Positions 1-15,700 of a stretch of DNA of 64,000 nt are shown here, piece after piece. The notes under the pieces are model-generated. The model was not told the origin of the DNA. It saw only the letters and a list, made by a program, of their open reading frames with translations, and ran no database searches. Source of the DNA: the human T2T-CHM13v2.0 reference genome, Homo sapiens; NCBI RefSeq assembly GCF_009914755.1, contig NC_060925.1. The stretch is one strand, 5' to 3'. A program made the position numbers and the translations under genes. How positions within the stretch are numbered: the stretch's first letter is position 1; each line of letters opens with the position of its first letter.

Positions 1-266
1 AATCGAATGGAATTATCGAATACAATCGAATGGAATTATTGAATGCAATCGAATAGAATCATCGAATGGACTCGAATGGATTCATCGAATGGAATGGAAT
101 GGAACAGTCAATGAACTCGAATGGAATCATCATTGAATGGAATCGAAAGGAATCATCGAGTGGAATCGAATGGAATTATGATCAAATGGAATCGAATGTA
201 ATCATCATCAAATGGAATCAAAAATAACCATCATCAATTGGTATTGAATGGAATTGTCATCAAATG

Positions 267-2042
267 GAATTCAAAGGAAACATCATAAAATGGAACCGAA
301 TGGAATCCTCATTGAATGGAAATGAAAGGGGTCATCATCTAATGGAATCGCATGGAATCATCATCAAATGGAATCGAATGGAATCATCATCAAATGGAAT
401 CTGATGGAATCATTGAACAGAATTGAATGGAATCGTCATGGAATGAATTGAATGCAATCATCGAATGGTCTCGAATGGAATCATCTTCTAATGGAAAGGA
501 ATGTAATCATCGCATAGAATCGAATGGAATTATCATCGAATGGAATCGAATGGTATCAACATCAAACGGAATAAAACGGAATTATCGAATGGAATCGAAG
601 AGAATCTTCGAACGGACCCGAATGGAATCATCTAATGGAATGGAATGGAATAATCCATGGACTGGAAGGCAATCATCATCGAATGGAATCGAATGGAATC
701 ATGGAATGGACTCGAATGGAATAATAATTGAACGGAATCGAATGGAATCATCATCGGATGGAAACGAATGGAATCATCATCGAATGGAAATGAAAGGAGT
801 CATCATCTAATGGAATTGCATGGAATCATCATAAAATGGAATCGAATGGAATCAACATCAAATGGAATCAAATAGAATCATTGAACGGAATTCAATGGAA
901 TCGTCATCGAATGAATTGAATGCAATCATTGAATGGTCTCGAATGGAATCATCTTCAAATGGAATGGAATGGAATCATCGCATAGAATCGAATGGAATTA
1001 TCATCGAATGGAATCTAATGGAGTCAACATCAAACGGAAAGAAACGGAATTATCGAATGGAATCGAAGAGAATCATCGAATGGACCCGAATGGAATCATC
1101 TAATGGAATGGAATGGAATAATCCATGGACTCGAATGCAATCATCATCGAATGGAATCGAATGGAATCATCGAGTGGACTCGAATGGAATAATCATTGAA
1201 CGGAATCGAATGGCATCATCATCGGATGGAAATGAATGGAATCATCATCGAATGGAATCGAATAGAATTATGGAATGAAATCCAGTGTGATCATCATCGA
1301 ATGGACCCGAATGGAATCATCATCCAACGGAAGCTAATGGAATCAACATCGAATGAATCAAATGGAAACACCATCGAATTGAAACGAATGGAATTACCAT
1401 GAAATTGAAATGGATGGACTCATCATCGAATGGATTCGAAAGGAATCATCGAATAAAATTGATTGAAATCATCATCGAATGGAATCGAATGGTATCATTG
1501 AATGGAATCGAATGGAATCATCATCAGATGGAAATGAATGGAATCGTCATAGAATGGAATCGAATGGATTCATTGAATGGAATCAGATGGAATCATCGAA
1601 TGGACTGGAATGGAATCATTGAATGGACTCGAAAGGGATCATTATTGAAAGGAATTGAATGGAGTCATCGAATGGTCTCGATTGGAATCATTATGAAATG
1701 GAATCGAATGGAATCACGGAATAGAATCGGATGGAACAATCATCGAATGGACTCAAATGGAATTATCCTCAAATGGAATGGAATGGAATTATCGAATGCA
1801 ATCGAATGGAATTATCGAATGCAATCGAATAGAATCATCGAATGGACTCGAATGGAATCATCGAATGGAATGGAATGGAACAGTCAATGAACTCGAATGG
1901 AATCATCATTGAATGGAATCGAATGCAATCATCGAGTGGAATCGAATGGAATTATGATCAAATGGAATCGAATGTAATCATCATCAAATGGAATCAAAAA
2001 TAACCATCATCAATTGGTATTGAATAGAATTGTCATCAAATG
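267..2042 (+). repeat. Canonical 1776-bp unit, EcoRI to EcoRI; probably the chr1q12 1.77-kb family (HSat2A2/D1Z1 type)
   Basis: GGAATTCAAAGG occurs at 266 and again 1776 bp later. Equivalent ORF starts are 1776 apart at 427/2203, 4469/6245, 31343/33119, 40207/41983, 47065/48841 and 56248/58024. This copy has one extra variant EcoRI site at 888. The chromosome assignment is inferred from the known 1.77-kb EcoRI periodicity of 1q12. Confidence 0.8.
1335..1345 (+). promoter_or_regulatory. DUX4-type motif TAATGGAATCA (representative; recurs in nearly all full-length units)
   Basis: Matches the DUX4 consensus TAAYBBAATCA within AAGCTAATGGAATCAAC. DUX4 binding to and activation of HSATII is established. 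Occupancy at this copy is not shown by the sequence. Confidence 0.5.
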
Positions 2043-2202
2043 GAATTCAAAGGAATCATCATCAAATGGAACCGAATGGAATCCTCATTGAATGGAAATG
2101 AAAGGGGTCATCATCTAATGGAATCACATGGAATCATCGTCAAATGGAATCGAATGGAATCATCATCAAATGGAATCTGATGGAATCATTGAACAGAATT
2201 GA

Positions 2203-3522
2203 ATGGAATGGTCATCGAATGAATTGAATGCAATCATCGAATGGTCTCGAATGGAATCATCTTCTAATGGAAAGGAATGGAATCATCGCATAGAATCGAA
2301 TGGAATTATCATCGAATGGAATCGAATGGTATCAACATCAAACGGAAAAAAACGGAATTATCAAATGGAATCGAAGAGAATCTTCGAACGGACCCGAATG
2401 GAATCATCTAATGGAATGGAATGGAATAATCCATGGACTGGAAGGAAATCATCATCGAATGGAATCGAATGGAATCATCGAATGGACTCGAATGGAATAA
2501 TCATTGAACGGAATCGAATGGAATCATCATCGGATGGAAACGAATGGAATCATCATCGAATGGAAATGAAAGGAGTCATCATCTAATGGAATTGCATGGA
2601 ATCATCATAAAATGGAATTGAATGGAATCAACATCAAATGGAATCAAATGGAATCATTGAACGGAATTGAATGGAATCGTCATCGAATGAATTGAATGCA
2701 ATCATCGAATGGTCTCGAATGGAATCATCTTCAAATGGAATGGAATGGAATCATCGCATAGAATCGAATGGAATTATCATCGAATGGAATCGAATGGAGT
2801 CAACATCAAACGGAAAAAAACGGAATTATCGAATGGAATCGAAGAGAATCATCGAATGGACCCGAATGGAATCATCTAATGGAATGGAATGGAATAATCC
2901 ATGGACTCGAATGCAATCATCATCGAATGGAATCGAATGGAATCATCGAATGGACTCGAATGGAATAATCATTGAACGGAATCGAATGGAATCATCATCG
3001 GATGGAAACGAATGGAATCATCATCGAATGGAAATGAAAGGAGTCATCATCTAATGGAATTGCATGGAATCATCATAAAATGGAATCGAATGGAATCAAC
3101 ATCAAATGGAATCAAATGGAATCATTGAACGGAATTGAATGGAATCGTCATCGAATGAATTGAATGCAATCATCGAATGGTCTCGAATGGAATCATCTTC
3201 AAATGGAATGGAATGGAATCATCGCATAGAATCGAATGGAATTATCATCGAATGGAATCGAATGGAATCAACATCAAACGGAAAAAAACGGAATTATCGA
3301 ATGGAATCGAAGAGAATCATCGAATGGACCCGAATGGAATCATCTAATGGAATGGAATGGAATAATCCATGGACTCGAATGCAATCATCATCGAATGGAA
3401 TCGAATGGAATCATCGAATGGACTCGAATGGAATAATCATTGAACGGAATCGAATGGAATCATCATCGGATGGAAATGAATGGAATCATCATCGAATGGA
3501 ATCGAATAGAATTATGGAATGA
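2203..3522 (+). repeat. 468-bp internal sub-repeat, example with three tandem copies (last one partial)
   Basis: Near-identical blocks start at 2203, 2671 and 3139, exactly 468 apart. Landmarks include CAAACGGAAAAAAACGG, GAAGAGAATC and AATCCATGG. Confidence 0.95.
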
Positions 3523-6500
3523 AATCCAGTGTGATCATCATCGAATGGACCCGATTGGAATCATCATCCAACGGAAGCTAATGGAATCAACATCGAATGA
3601 ATCAAATGGAAACACCATCGAATTGAAACGAATGGAATTACCATGAAATTGAAATGGTGGACTCATCATCGAATGGATTCGAATGGAATCATCGAATAAA
3701 ATTGATTGAAATCATCATCAAATGGAATCGAATGGTATCATTGAATGGAATCGAATGGAATCATCATCAGATGGAAATGAATGGAATCGTCATAGAATGG
3801 AATCGAATGGATTCATTGAATGGAATCAGATGGAATCATCGAATGGACTGGAATGGAATCATTGAATGGACCCGAAAGGGATCATGATTGAATGGAATTG
3901 AATGCAATCATCGAATGGTCTCGATTGGAATCATTATCAAATGGAATCGAATGGAATCACCGAATAGAATCGAATGGAACAATCATCGAATGGACTCAAA
4001 TGGAATTATCCTCAAATGCAATGGAATGGAATTATCGAATGCAATCGAATGGAATTATCGAATGCAATCGAATGGAATTATTGAATGCAATCGAATAGAA
4101 TCATCGAATGGACTCGAATGGATTCATCGAATGGAATGGAATGGAACAGTCAGTGAACTCGAATGGAATCATCATTGAATGGAATCGAAAGGAATCATCG
4201 AGTGGAATCGAATGGAATTATGATCAAATGGAATCGAATGTAATCATCATCAAATGGAATCAAAAATAACCATCATCAATTGGTATTGAATGGAATTGTC
4301 ATCAAATGGAATTCAAAGGAAACATCATAAAATGGAACCGAATGGAATCCTCATTGAATGGAAATGAAAGGGGTCATCATCTAATGGAATCGCATGGAAT
4401 CATCATCAAATGGAATCGAATGGAATCATCATCAAATGGAATCTGATGGAATCATTGAACAGAATTGAATGGAATCGTCATGGAATGAATTGAATGCAAT
4501 CTTCGAATGGTCTCGAATGGAATCATCTTCTAATGGAAAGGAATGGAATCATCGCATAAAATCGAATGGAATTATCATCGAATGGAATCGAATGGTATCA
4601 ACATCAAACGGAATAAAACGGAATTATCAAATGGAATCGAAGAGAATCTTCGAACGGACCCGAATGGAATCATCTAATGGAATGGAATGGAATAATCCAT
4701 GGACTGGAAGGCAATCATCATCGAATGGAATCGAATGGAATCATGGAATGGACTCGAATGGAATAATAATTGAACGGAATCGAATGGAATCATCATCGGA
4801 TGGAAACGAATGGAATCATCATCGAATGGAAATGAAAGGAGTCATCATCTAATGGAATTGCATGGAATCATCATAAAATGGAATCGAATGGAATCAACAT
4901 CAAATGGAATCAAATAGAATCATTGAACGGAATTGAATGGAATCGTCATCGAATGAATTGAATGCAATCATTGAATGGTCTCGAATGGAATCATCTTCAA
5001 ATGGAATGGAATGGAATCATCGCATAGAATCGAATGGAATTATCATCGAATGGAATCTAATGGAGTCAACATCAAACGGAAAGAAACGGAATTATCGAAT
5101 GGAATCGAAGAGAATCATCGAATGGACCCGAATGGAATCATCTAATGGAATGGAATGGAATAATCCATGGACTCGAATGCAATCATCATCGAATGGAATC
5201 GAATGGAATCATCGAGTGGACTCGAATGGAATAATCATTGAACGGAATCGAATGGCATCATCATCGGATGGAAATGAATGGAATCATCATCGAATGGAAT
5301 CGAATAGAATTATGGAATGAAATCCAGTGTGATCATCATCGAATGGACCCGAATGGAATCATCATCCAACGGAAGCTAATGGAATCAACATCGAATGAAT
5401 CAAATGGAAACACCATCGAATTGAAACGAATGGAATTACCATGAAATTGAAATGGATGGACTCATCATCGAATGGATTCGAAAGGAATCATCGAATAAAA
5501 TTGATTGAAATCATCATCGAATGGAATCGAATGGTATCATTGAATGGAATCGAATGGAATCATCATCAGATGGAAATGAATGGAATCGTCATAGAATGGA
5601 ATCGAATGGATTCATTGAATGGAATCAGATGAAATCATCGAATGGACTGGAATGGAATCATTGAATGGACTCGAAAGGGATCATTATTGAATGGAATTGA
5701 ATGGAGTCATCGAATGGTCTCGATTGGAATCATTATGAAATGGAATCGAATGGAATCACCGAATAGAATCGAATGGAACAATCATCGAATGGACTCAAAT
5801 GGAATTATCCTCCAATGGAATGGAATGGAATTATCGAATGCAATCGAATGGAATTATCGAATGCAATCGAATAGAATCATCGAATGGACTCGAATGGAAT
5901 CATCGAATGGAATGGAATGGAACAGTCAATGAACTCGAATGGAATCATCATTGAATGGAATCGAATGCAATCATCGAGTGGAATCGAATGGAATTATGAT
6001 CAAATGGAATCGAATGTAATCATCATCAAATGGAATCAAAAATAACCATCATCAATTGGTATTGAATAGAATTGTCATCAAATGGAATTCAAAGGAATCA
6101 TCATCAAATGGAACCGAATGGAATCCTCATTGAATGGAAATGAAAGGGGTCATCATCTAATGGAATCACATGGAATCATCGTCAAATGGAATCGAATGGA
6201 ATCATCATCAAATGGAATCTGATGGAATCATTGAACAGAATTGAATGGAATGGTCATCGAATGAATTGAATGCAATCATCGAATGGTCTCGAATGGAATC
6301 ATCTTCTAATGGAAAGGAATGGAATCATCGCATAGAATCGAATGGAATTATCATCGAATGGAATCGAATGGTATCAACATCAAACGGAAAAAAACGGAAT
6401 TATCAAATGGAATCGAAGAGAATCTTCGAACGGACCCGAATGGAATCATCTAATGGAATGGAATGGAATAATCCATGGACTGGAAGGCAATCATCATCGA

Positions 6501-8487
6501 ATGGAATCGAATGGAATCATCGAATGGACTCGAATGGAATAATCATTGAACGGAATCGAATGGAATCATCATCGGATGGAAACGAATGGAATCATCATCG
6601 AATGGAAATGAAAGGAGTCATCATCTAATGGAATTGCATGGAATCATCATAAAATGGAATCGAATGGAATCAACATCAAATGGAATCAAATGGAATCATT
6701 GAACGGAATTGAATGGAATCGTCATCGAATGAATTGAATGCAATCATCGAATGGTCTCGAATGGAATCATCTTCAAATGGAATGGAATGGAATCATCGCA
6801 TAGAATCGAATGGAATTATCATCGAATGGAATCGAATGGAGTCAACATCAAACGGAAAAAAACGGAATTATCGAATGGAATCGAAGAGAATCATCGAATG
6901 GACCCGAATGGAATCATCTAATGGAATGGAATGGAATAATCCATGGACTCGAATGCAATCATCATCGAATGGAATCGAATGGAATCATCGAATGGACTCG
7001 AATGGAATAATCATTGAACGGAATCGAATGGAATCATCATCGGATGGAAACGAATGGAATCATCATCGAATGGAAATGAAAGGAGTCATCATCTAATGGA
7101 ATTGCATGGAATCATCATAAAATGGAATCGAATGGAATCAACATCAAATGGAATCAAATGGAATCATTGAACGGAATTGAATGGAATCGTCATCGAATGA
7201 ATTGAATGCAATCATCGAATGGTCTCGAATGGAATCATCTTCAAATGGAATGGAATGGAATCATCGCATAGAATCGAATGGAATTATCATCGAATGGAAT
7301 CGAATGGAGTCAACATCAAACGGAAAAAAACGGAATTATCGAATGGAATCGAAGAGAATCATCGAATGGACCCGAATGGAATCATCTAATGGAATGGAAT
7401 GGAATAATCCATGGACTCGAATGCAATCATCATCGAATGGAATCGAATGGAATCATCGAATGGACTCGAATGGAATAATCATTGAACGGAATCGAATGGA
7501 ATCATCATCGGATGGAAATGAATGGAATCATCATCGAATGGAATCGAATAGAATTATGGAATGAAATCCAGTGTGATCATCATCGAATGGACCCGATTGG
7601 AATCATCATCCAACGGAAGCTAATGGAATCAACATCGAATGAATCAAATGGAAACACCATCGAATTGAAACGAATGGAATTACCATGAAATTGAAATGGT
7701 GGACTCATCATCGAATGGATTCGAATGGAATCATCGAATAAAATTGATTGAAATCATCATCGAATGGAATCGAATGGTATCATTTAATGGAATCGAATGG
7801 AATCATCATCAGATGGAAATGAATGGAATCGTCATAGAATGGAATCGAATGGATTCATTGAATGGAATCAGATGGAATCATCGAATGGACTGGAATGGAA
7901 TCATTGAATGGACTCGAAAGGGATCATTATTGAATGGAATTGAATGGAATCATCGAATGGTCTCGATTGGAATCATTATCAAATGGAATCGAATGGAATC
8001 ACCGAATAGAATCGAACGGATCAATCATCGAATGGACTCAAATGGAATTATCCTCCAATGGAATCGAATGGAATTATCGAATGCAATCGAATGGAACTAT
8101 CGAATGCAATCGAATAGAATCATCGAATGGACTCGAATGGAATCATCGAATGGAATGGAATGGAACAGTCAATGAACACGAATAGAATCATCATTGAATG
8201 GAATCGAATGGAATCATCGAGTGGAATCGAATGGAATTATGATCAAATGGAATCGAATGTAATCATCATCAAATGGAATCAAAAATAACCATCATCAATT
8301 GGTATTGAATGGAATTGTCATCAAATGGAATTCAAAGGAAACATCATCAAATGGAACCGAATGGAATCCTCATTGAATGGAAATGAAAGGGGTCATCATC
8401 TAATGGAATCGCATGGAATCATCATCAAATGGAATCGAATGGAATCAACATCAAATGGAATCTGATGGAATCATTGAACAGAATTGA

Positions 8488-9795
8488 ATGGAATCGTCAT
8501 CGAATGAATTGAATGCAATCATCCAATGGTCTCGAATGGAATCATCTTCTAATGGAAAGGAATGGAATCATCGCATAGAATCGAATGGAATTATCATCGA
8601 ATGGAATCGAATGCTATCAACACCAAACGGAAAAAAACGGAATTATCGAATGGAATCAAAGAGAATCTTCGAACGGACCCGAATGGAATCATCTAATGGA
8701 ATAGAATGCAATAATCCATGGACTGGAAGGCAATCATCATCGAATGGAATCGAATGGAATCATCGAATGGACTCGAATGGAATAATCATTGAACGGAATT
8801 GAATGGAATCATCATCGGATGGAAATGAATGGAATCATCATCGAACGGAATCGAATAGAATTATGGAATGAAATCCAGTGTGATCATCATCGAATGGACC
8901 CGAATGGAATCATCATCCAACGGAAGCTAATGGAATCAACATCGAATGAATCGAATGGAAACACCATCGAATTGAAACGAATGGAATTATCATGAAATTG
9001 AAATGGATGGACTCATCATCGAATGGATTCGAATGGAATCGTCGAATAAAATTGATTGAAATCATTATTGAATGGAATCGAATGGTATCATTGAATGGAA
9101 TCGAATGGAATCATCATCAGATGGAAATGAATGGAATCGTCATAGAATGGAATCGAATGGATTCATTGAATGGAATCAGATGGAATCATCGAATGGACTG
9201 GAATGGAATCATTGAATGGACTCGAAAGGGATCATGATTGAATGGAATTGAATGGAATCATAGAATGGTCTCGATTGGAATCATTATCAAATGGAATCGA
9301 ATGGAATCACCGAATAGAATCGAACGGAACAATCATCGAATGGACTCAAATGGAATTATCCTCCAATGGAATCGAATGGAATTATCGAATGCAATCGAAT
9401 GGAATTATCGAATGCAATCGAATAGAATCATCGAATGGACTCGAATGGAATCATCGAATGGAATGGAATGGAACAGTCAATGAACACGAATGGAATCATC
9501 ATTGAATGGAATCGAATGGAATCATCGAGTGGAATCGAATGGAATTATGATCAAATGGAATCGAATGTAATCATCATCAAATGGAATCAAAAATAACCAT
9601 CATCAATTGGTATTGAATGGAATTGTCATCAAATGGAATTCAAAGGAATCATCATCAAATGGAACCGAATGGAATCCTCATAGAATGGAAATGAAAGGGG
9701 TCATCATCTAATGGAATCGCATGGAATCATCATAAAATGCAATCGAATGGAATCATTATCAAATGGAATCTAATGGAATCATTGAACAGAATTGA
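8488..9795 (+). repeat. 1308-bp unit variant with a single sub-repeat
   Basis: Unit starts 8488 and 9796 are 1308 apart (1776-468). The same length occurs at 52422-53729 and 61605-62912. Confidence 0.92.
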
Positions 9796-12700
9796 ATGGA
9801 ATCGTCATCGAATGAATTGAATGCAATCATCGAATGGTCTCGAATGGAATCATCTTCTAATGGAAAGGAATGGAATCATCGCATAGAATCGAATGGAATT
9901 ATCATCGAATGGAATCGAATGGTATCAAAACCAAACGGAAAAAAACGGAATTATCGAATGGAATCGAAGAGAATCTTCGAACGGACCCGAATGGAATCAT
10001 CTAATGGAATGGAATGGAATAATCCATGGACTCGAATGCAATCATCATCGAATGGAATCGAATGGAATCATCGAATGGACTCGAATGGAATAATCATTGA
10101 ACGGAATCGAATGGAATCATCATCGGATGGAAACGAATGGAATCATCATCGAATGGAAATGAAAGGAGTCATCATCTAATGGAATTGCATGGAATCATCA
10201 TAAAATGGAATCGAATGGAATCAACATCAAATGGAATCAAATGGAATCATTGAACGGAATTGAATGGAATCGTCATCGAATGAATTGAATGCAATCATCG
10301 AATGGTCTCGAATGGAATCATCTTCAAATGGAATGGAATGGAATCATCGCATAGAATCGAATGGAATTATCATCGAATGGAATCGAATGGTATCAACATC
10401 AAACGGAAAAAAACGGAATTATCGAATGGAATCGAAGAGAATCATCGAATGGACCCGAATGCAATCATCTAAAGGAATGGAATGGAATAATCAATGGACT
10501 CGAATACAATCATCATCGAATGGAATCGAATGGAATCATCGAATGAACTCGAATGGAATAATCATTGAACGGAATCGAATGGAATCATCATCGGATGGAA
10601 ATGAATGGAATCATCATCGAATGGAATCGAATAGAATTATGGAATGAAATCCAGTGTGATCATCATCGAATGGACCCGAATGCAATCATCATCCAACGTA
10701 AGCTAATGGAATCAACATCGAATGAATCGAATGGAAACACCATCGAATTGAAACGAATGGAATTATCATGAAATGGAAATGGATGGACTGATCATCGAAT
10801 GGATTCGAATGGAATCATCGAATAAAATTGATTGAAATCATCATCAAATGGAATCGAATGGTATCATTGAATGGAATCGAATGGAATCATCATCAGATGG
10901 AAATGAATGGAATCGTCATAGAATGGAATCGAATGGATTCATTGACTGGAATCAGATGGAATCATCGAATGGACTGGAATGGAATCATTGAATGGACCCG
11001 AAAGGGATCATGATTGAATGGAATTGAATGCAATCATCGAATGGTCTCGATTGGAATCATTATCAAATGGAATCGAATGGAATCACCGAATAGAATCGAA
11101 TGGAACAATCATCGAATGGACTCAAATGGAATTATCCTCAAATGCAATGGAATGGAATTATCGAATGCAATCGAATGGAATTATCGAATACAATCGAATG
11201 GAATTATTGAATGCAATCGAATAGAATCATCGAATGGACTCGAATGGATTCATCGAATGGAATGGAATGGAACAGTCAATGAACTCGAATGGAATCATCA
11301 TTGAATGGAATCGAAAGGAATCATCGAGTGGAATCGAATGGAATTATGATCAAATGGAATCGAATGTAATCATCATCAAATGGAATCAAAAATAACCATC
11401 ATCAATTGGTATTGAATGGAATTGTCATCAAATGGAATTCAAAGGAAACATCATAAAATGGAACCGAATGGAATCCTCATTGAATGGAAATGAAAGGGGT
11501 CATCATCTAATGGAATCGCATGGAATCATCATCAAATGGAATCGAATGGAATCATCATCAAATGGAATCTGATGGAATCATTGAACAGAATTGAATGGAA
11601 TCGTCATGGAATGAATTGAATGCAATCATCGAATGGTCTCGAATGGAATCATCTTCTAATGGAAAGGAATGTAATCATCGCATAGAATCGAATGGAATTA
11701 TCATCGAATGGAATCGAATGGTATCAACATCAAACGGAATAAAACGGAATTATCGAATGGAATCGAAGAGAATCTTCGAACGGACCCGAATGGAATCATC
11801 TAATGGAATGGAATGGAATAATCCATGGACTGGAAGGCAATCATCATCGAATGGAATCGAATGGAATCATGGAATGGACTCGAATGGAATAATAATTGAA
11901 CGGAATCGAATGGAATCATCATCGGATGGAAACGAATGGAATCATCATCGAATGGAAATGAAAGGAGTCATCATCTAATGGAATTGCATGGAATCATCAT
12001 AAAATGGAATCGAATGGAATCAACATCAAATGGAATCAAATAGAATCATTGAACGGAATTCAATGGAATCGTCATCGAATGAATTGAATGCAATCATTGA
12101 ATGGTCTCGAATGGAATCATCTTCAAATGGAATGGAATGGAATCATCGCATAGAATCGAATGGAATTATCATCGAATGGAATCTAATGGAGTCAACATCA
12201 AACGGAAAGAAACGGAATTATCGAATGGAATCGAAGAGAATCATCGAATGGACCCGAATGGAATCATCTAATGGAATGGAATGGAATAATCCATGGACTC
12301 GAATGCAATCATCATCGAATGGAATCGAATGGAATCATCGAGTGGACTCGAATGGAATAATCATTGAACGGAATCGAATGGCATCATCATCGGATGGAAA
12401 TGAATGGAATCATCATCGAATGGAATCGAATAGAATTATGGAATGAAATCCAGTGTGATCATCATCGAATGGACCCGAATGGAATCATCATCCAACGGAA
12501 GCTAATGGAATCAACATCGAATGAATCAAATGGAAACACCATCGAATTGAAACGAATGGAATTACCATGAAATTGAAATGGATGGACTCATCATCGAATG
12601 GATTCGAAAGGAATCATCGAATAAAATTGATTGAAATCATCATCGAATGGAATCGAATGGTATCATTGAATGGAATCGAATGGAATCATCATCAGATGGA

Positions 12701-15700
12701 AATGAATGGAATCGTCATAGAATGGAATCGAATGGATTCATTGAATGGAATCAGATGGAATCATCGAATGGACTGGAATGGAATCATTGAATGGACTCGA
12801 AAGGGATCATTATTGAAAGGAATTGAATGGAGTCATCGAATGGTCTCGATTGGAATCATTATGAAATGGAATCGAATGGAATCACGGAATAGAATCGGAT
12901 GGAACAATCATCGAATGGACTCAAATGGAATTATCCTCAAATGGAATGGAATGGAATTATCGAATGCAATCGAATGGAATTATCGAATGCAATCGAATAG
13001 AATCATCGAATGGACTCGAATGGAATCATCGAATGGAATGGAATGGAACAGTCAATGAACTCGAATGGAATCATCATTGAATGGAATCGAATGCAATCAT
13101 CGAGTGGAATCGAATGGAATTATGATCAAATGGAATCGAATGTAATCATCATCAAATGGAATCAAAAATAACCATCATCAATTGGTATTGAATAGAATTG
13201 TCATCAAATGGAATTCAAAGGAATCATCATCAAATGGAACCGAATGGAATCCTCATTGAATGGAAATGAAAGGGGTCATCATCTAATGGAATCACATGGA
13301 ATCATCGTCAAATGGAATCGAATGGAATCATCATCAAATGGAATCTGATGGAATCATTGAACAGAATTGAATGGAATGGTCATCGAATGAATTGAATGCA
13401 ATCATCGAATGGTCTCGAATGGAATCATCTTCTAATGGAAAGGAATGGAATCATCGCATAGAATCGAATGGAATTATCATCGAATGGAATCGAATGGTAT
13501 CAACATCAAACGGAAAAAAACGGAATTATCAAATGGAATCGAAGAGAATCTTCGAACGGACCCGAATGGAATCATCTAATGGAATGGAATGGAATAATCC
13601 ATGGACTGGAAGGAAATCATCATCGAATGGAATCGAATGGAATCATCGAATGGACTCGAATGGAATAATCATTGAACGGAATCGAATGGAATCATCATCG
13701 GATGGAAACGAATGGAATCATCATCGAATGGAAATGAAAGGAGTCATCATCTAATGGAATTGCATGGAATCATCATAAAATGGAATTGAATGGAATCAAC
13801 ATCAAATGGAATCAAATGGAATCATTGAACGGAATTGAATGGAATCGTCATCGAATGAATTGAATGCAATCATCGAATGGTCTCGAATGGAATCATCTTC
13901 AAATGGAATGGAATGGAATCATCGCATAGAATCGAATGGAATTATCATCGAATGGAATCGAATGGAGTCAACATCAAACGGAAAAAAACGGAATTATCGA
14001 ATGGAATCGAAGAGAATCATCGAATGGACCCGAATGGAATCATCTAATGGAATGGAATGGAATAATCCATGGACTCGAATGCAATCATCATCGAATGGAA
14101 TCGAATGGAATCATCGAATGGACTCGAATGGAATAATCATTGAACGGAATCGAATGGAATCATCATCGGATGGAAACGAATGGAATCATCATCGAATGGA
14201 AATGAAAGGAGTCATCATCTAATGGAATTGCATGGAATCATCATAAAATGGAATCGAATGGAATCAACATCAAATGGAATCAAATGGAATCATTGAACGG
14301 AATTGAATGGAATCGTCATCGAATGAATTGAATGCAATCATCGAATGGTCTCGAATGGAATCATCTTCAAATGGAATGGAATGGAATCATCGCATAGAAT
14401 CGAATGGAATTATCATCGAATGGAATCGAATGGAATCAACATCAAACGGAAAAAAACGGAATTATCGAATGGAATCGAAGAGAATCATCGAATGGACCCG
14501 AATGGAATCATCTAATGGAATGGAATGGAATAATCCATGGACTCGAATGCAATCATCATCGAATGGAATCGAATGGAATCATCGAATGGACTCGAATGGA
14601 ATAATCATTGAACGGAATCGAATGGAATCATCATCGGATGGAAATGAATGGAATCATCATCGAATGGAATCGAATAGAATTATGGAATGAAATCCAGTGT
14701 GATCATCATCGAATGGACCCGATTGGAATCATCATCCAACGGAAGCTAATGGAATCAACATCGAATGAATCAAATGGAAACACCATCGAATTGAAACGAA
14801 TGGAATTACCATGAAATTGAAATGGTGGACTCATCATCGAATGGATTCGAATGGAATCATCGAATAAAATTGATTGAAATCATCATCAAATGGAATCGAA
14901 TGGTATCATTGAATGGAATCGAATGGAATCATCATCAGATGGAAATGAATGGAATCGTCATAGAATGGAATCGAATGGATTCATTGAATGGAATCAGATG
15001 GAATCATCGAATGGACTGGAATGGAATCATTGAATGGACCCGAAAGGGATCATGATTGAATGGAATTGAATGCAATCATCGAATGGTCTCGATTGGAATC
15101 ATTATCAAATGGAATCGAATGGAATCACCGAATAGAATCGAATGGAACAATCATCGAATGGACTCAAATGGAATTATCCTCAAATGCAATGGAATGGAAT
15201 TATCGAATGCAATCGAATGGAATTATCGAATGCAATCGAATGGAATTATTGAATGCAATCGAATAGAATCATCGAATGGACTCGAATGGATTCATCGAAT
15301 GGAATGGAATGGAACAGTCAGTGAACTCGAATGGAATCATCATTGAATGGAATCGAAAGGAATCATCGAGTGGAATCGAATGGAATTATGATCAAATGGA
15401 ATCGAATGTAATCATCATCAAATGGAATCAAAAATAACCATCATCAATTGGTATTGAATGGAATTGTCATCAAATGGAATTCAAAGGAAACATCATAAAA
15501 TGGAACCGAATGGAATCCTCATTGAATGGAAATGAAAGGGGTCATCATCTAATGGAATCGCATGGAATCATCATCAAATGGAATCGAATGGAATCATCAT
15601 CAAATGGAATCTGATGGAATCATTGAACAGAATTGAATGGAATCGTCATGGAATGAATTGAATGCAATCATCGAATGGTCTCGAATGGAATCATCTTCTA

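Larger units (their letters stand above)
1..7750 (+). repeat. 4042-bp tandem duplication (1776+2266) nested in the 11168-bp repeat
   Basis: 427/4469, 2203/6245, 3139/7181 and 3654/7696 are all +4042 and share private variants (CGTCATGGAATG, GAATGGTCATCG, AAATGGTGGAC). The same pattern recurs at about 10830-18900. Confidence 0.9.

Noticed and set aside
1452-1457. AATAAA polyadenylation-like hexamer in each tail
   Set aside because: It is a simple variant in an A-rich repeat with no clear downstream GU-rich element and no transcript evidence.
2339-2357. CAAACGGAAAAAAACGG A-tract as a terminator or retro-insertion scar
   Set aside because: It is a fixed part of the 468-bp sub-repeat that appears to derive from GGAATCAAGCGG-like sequence by substitution. 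No hairpin or inserted element is present.
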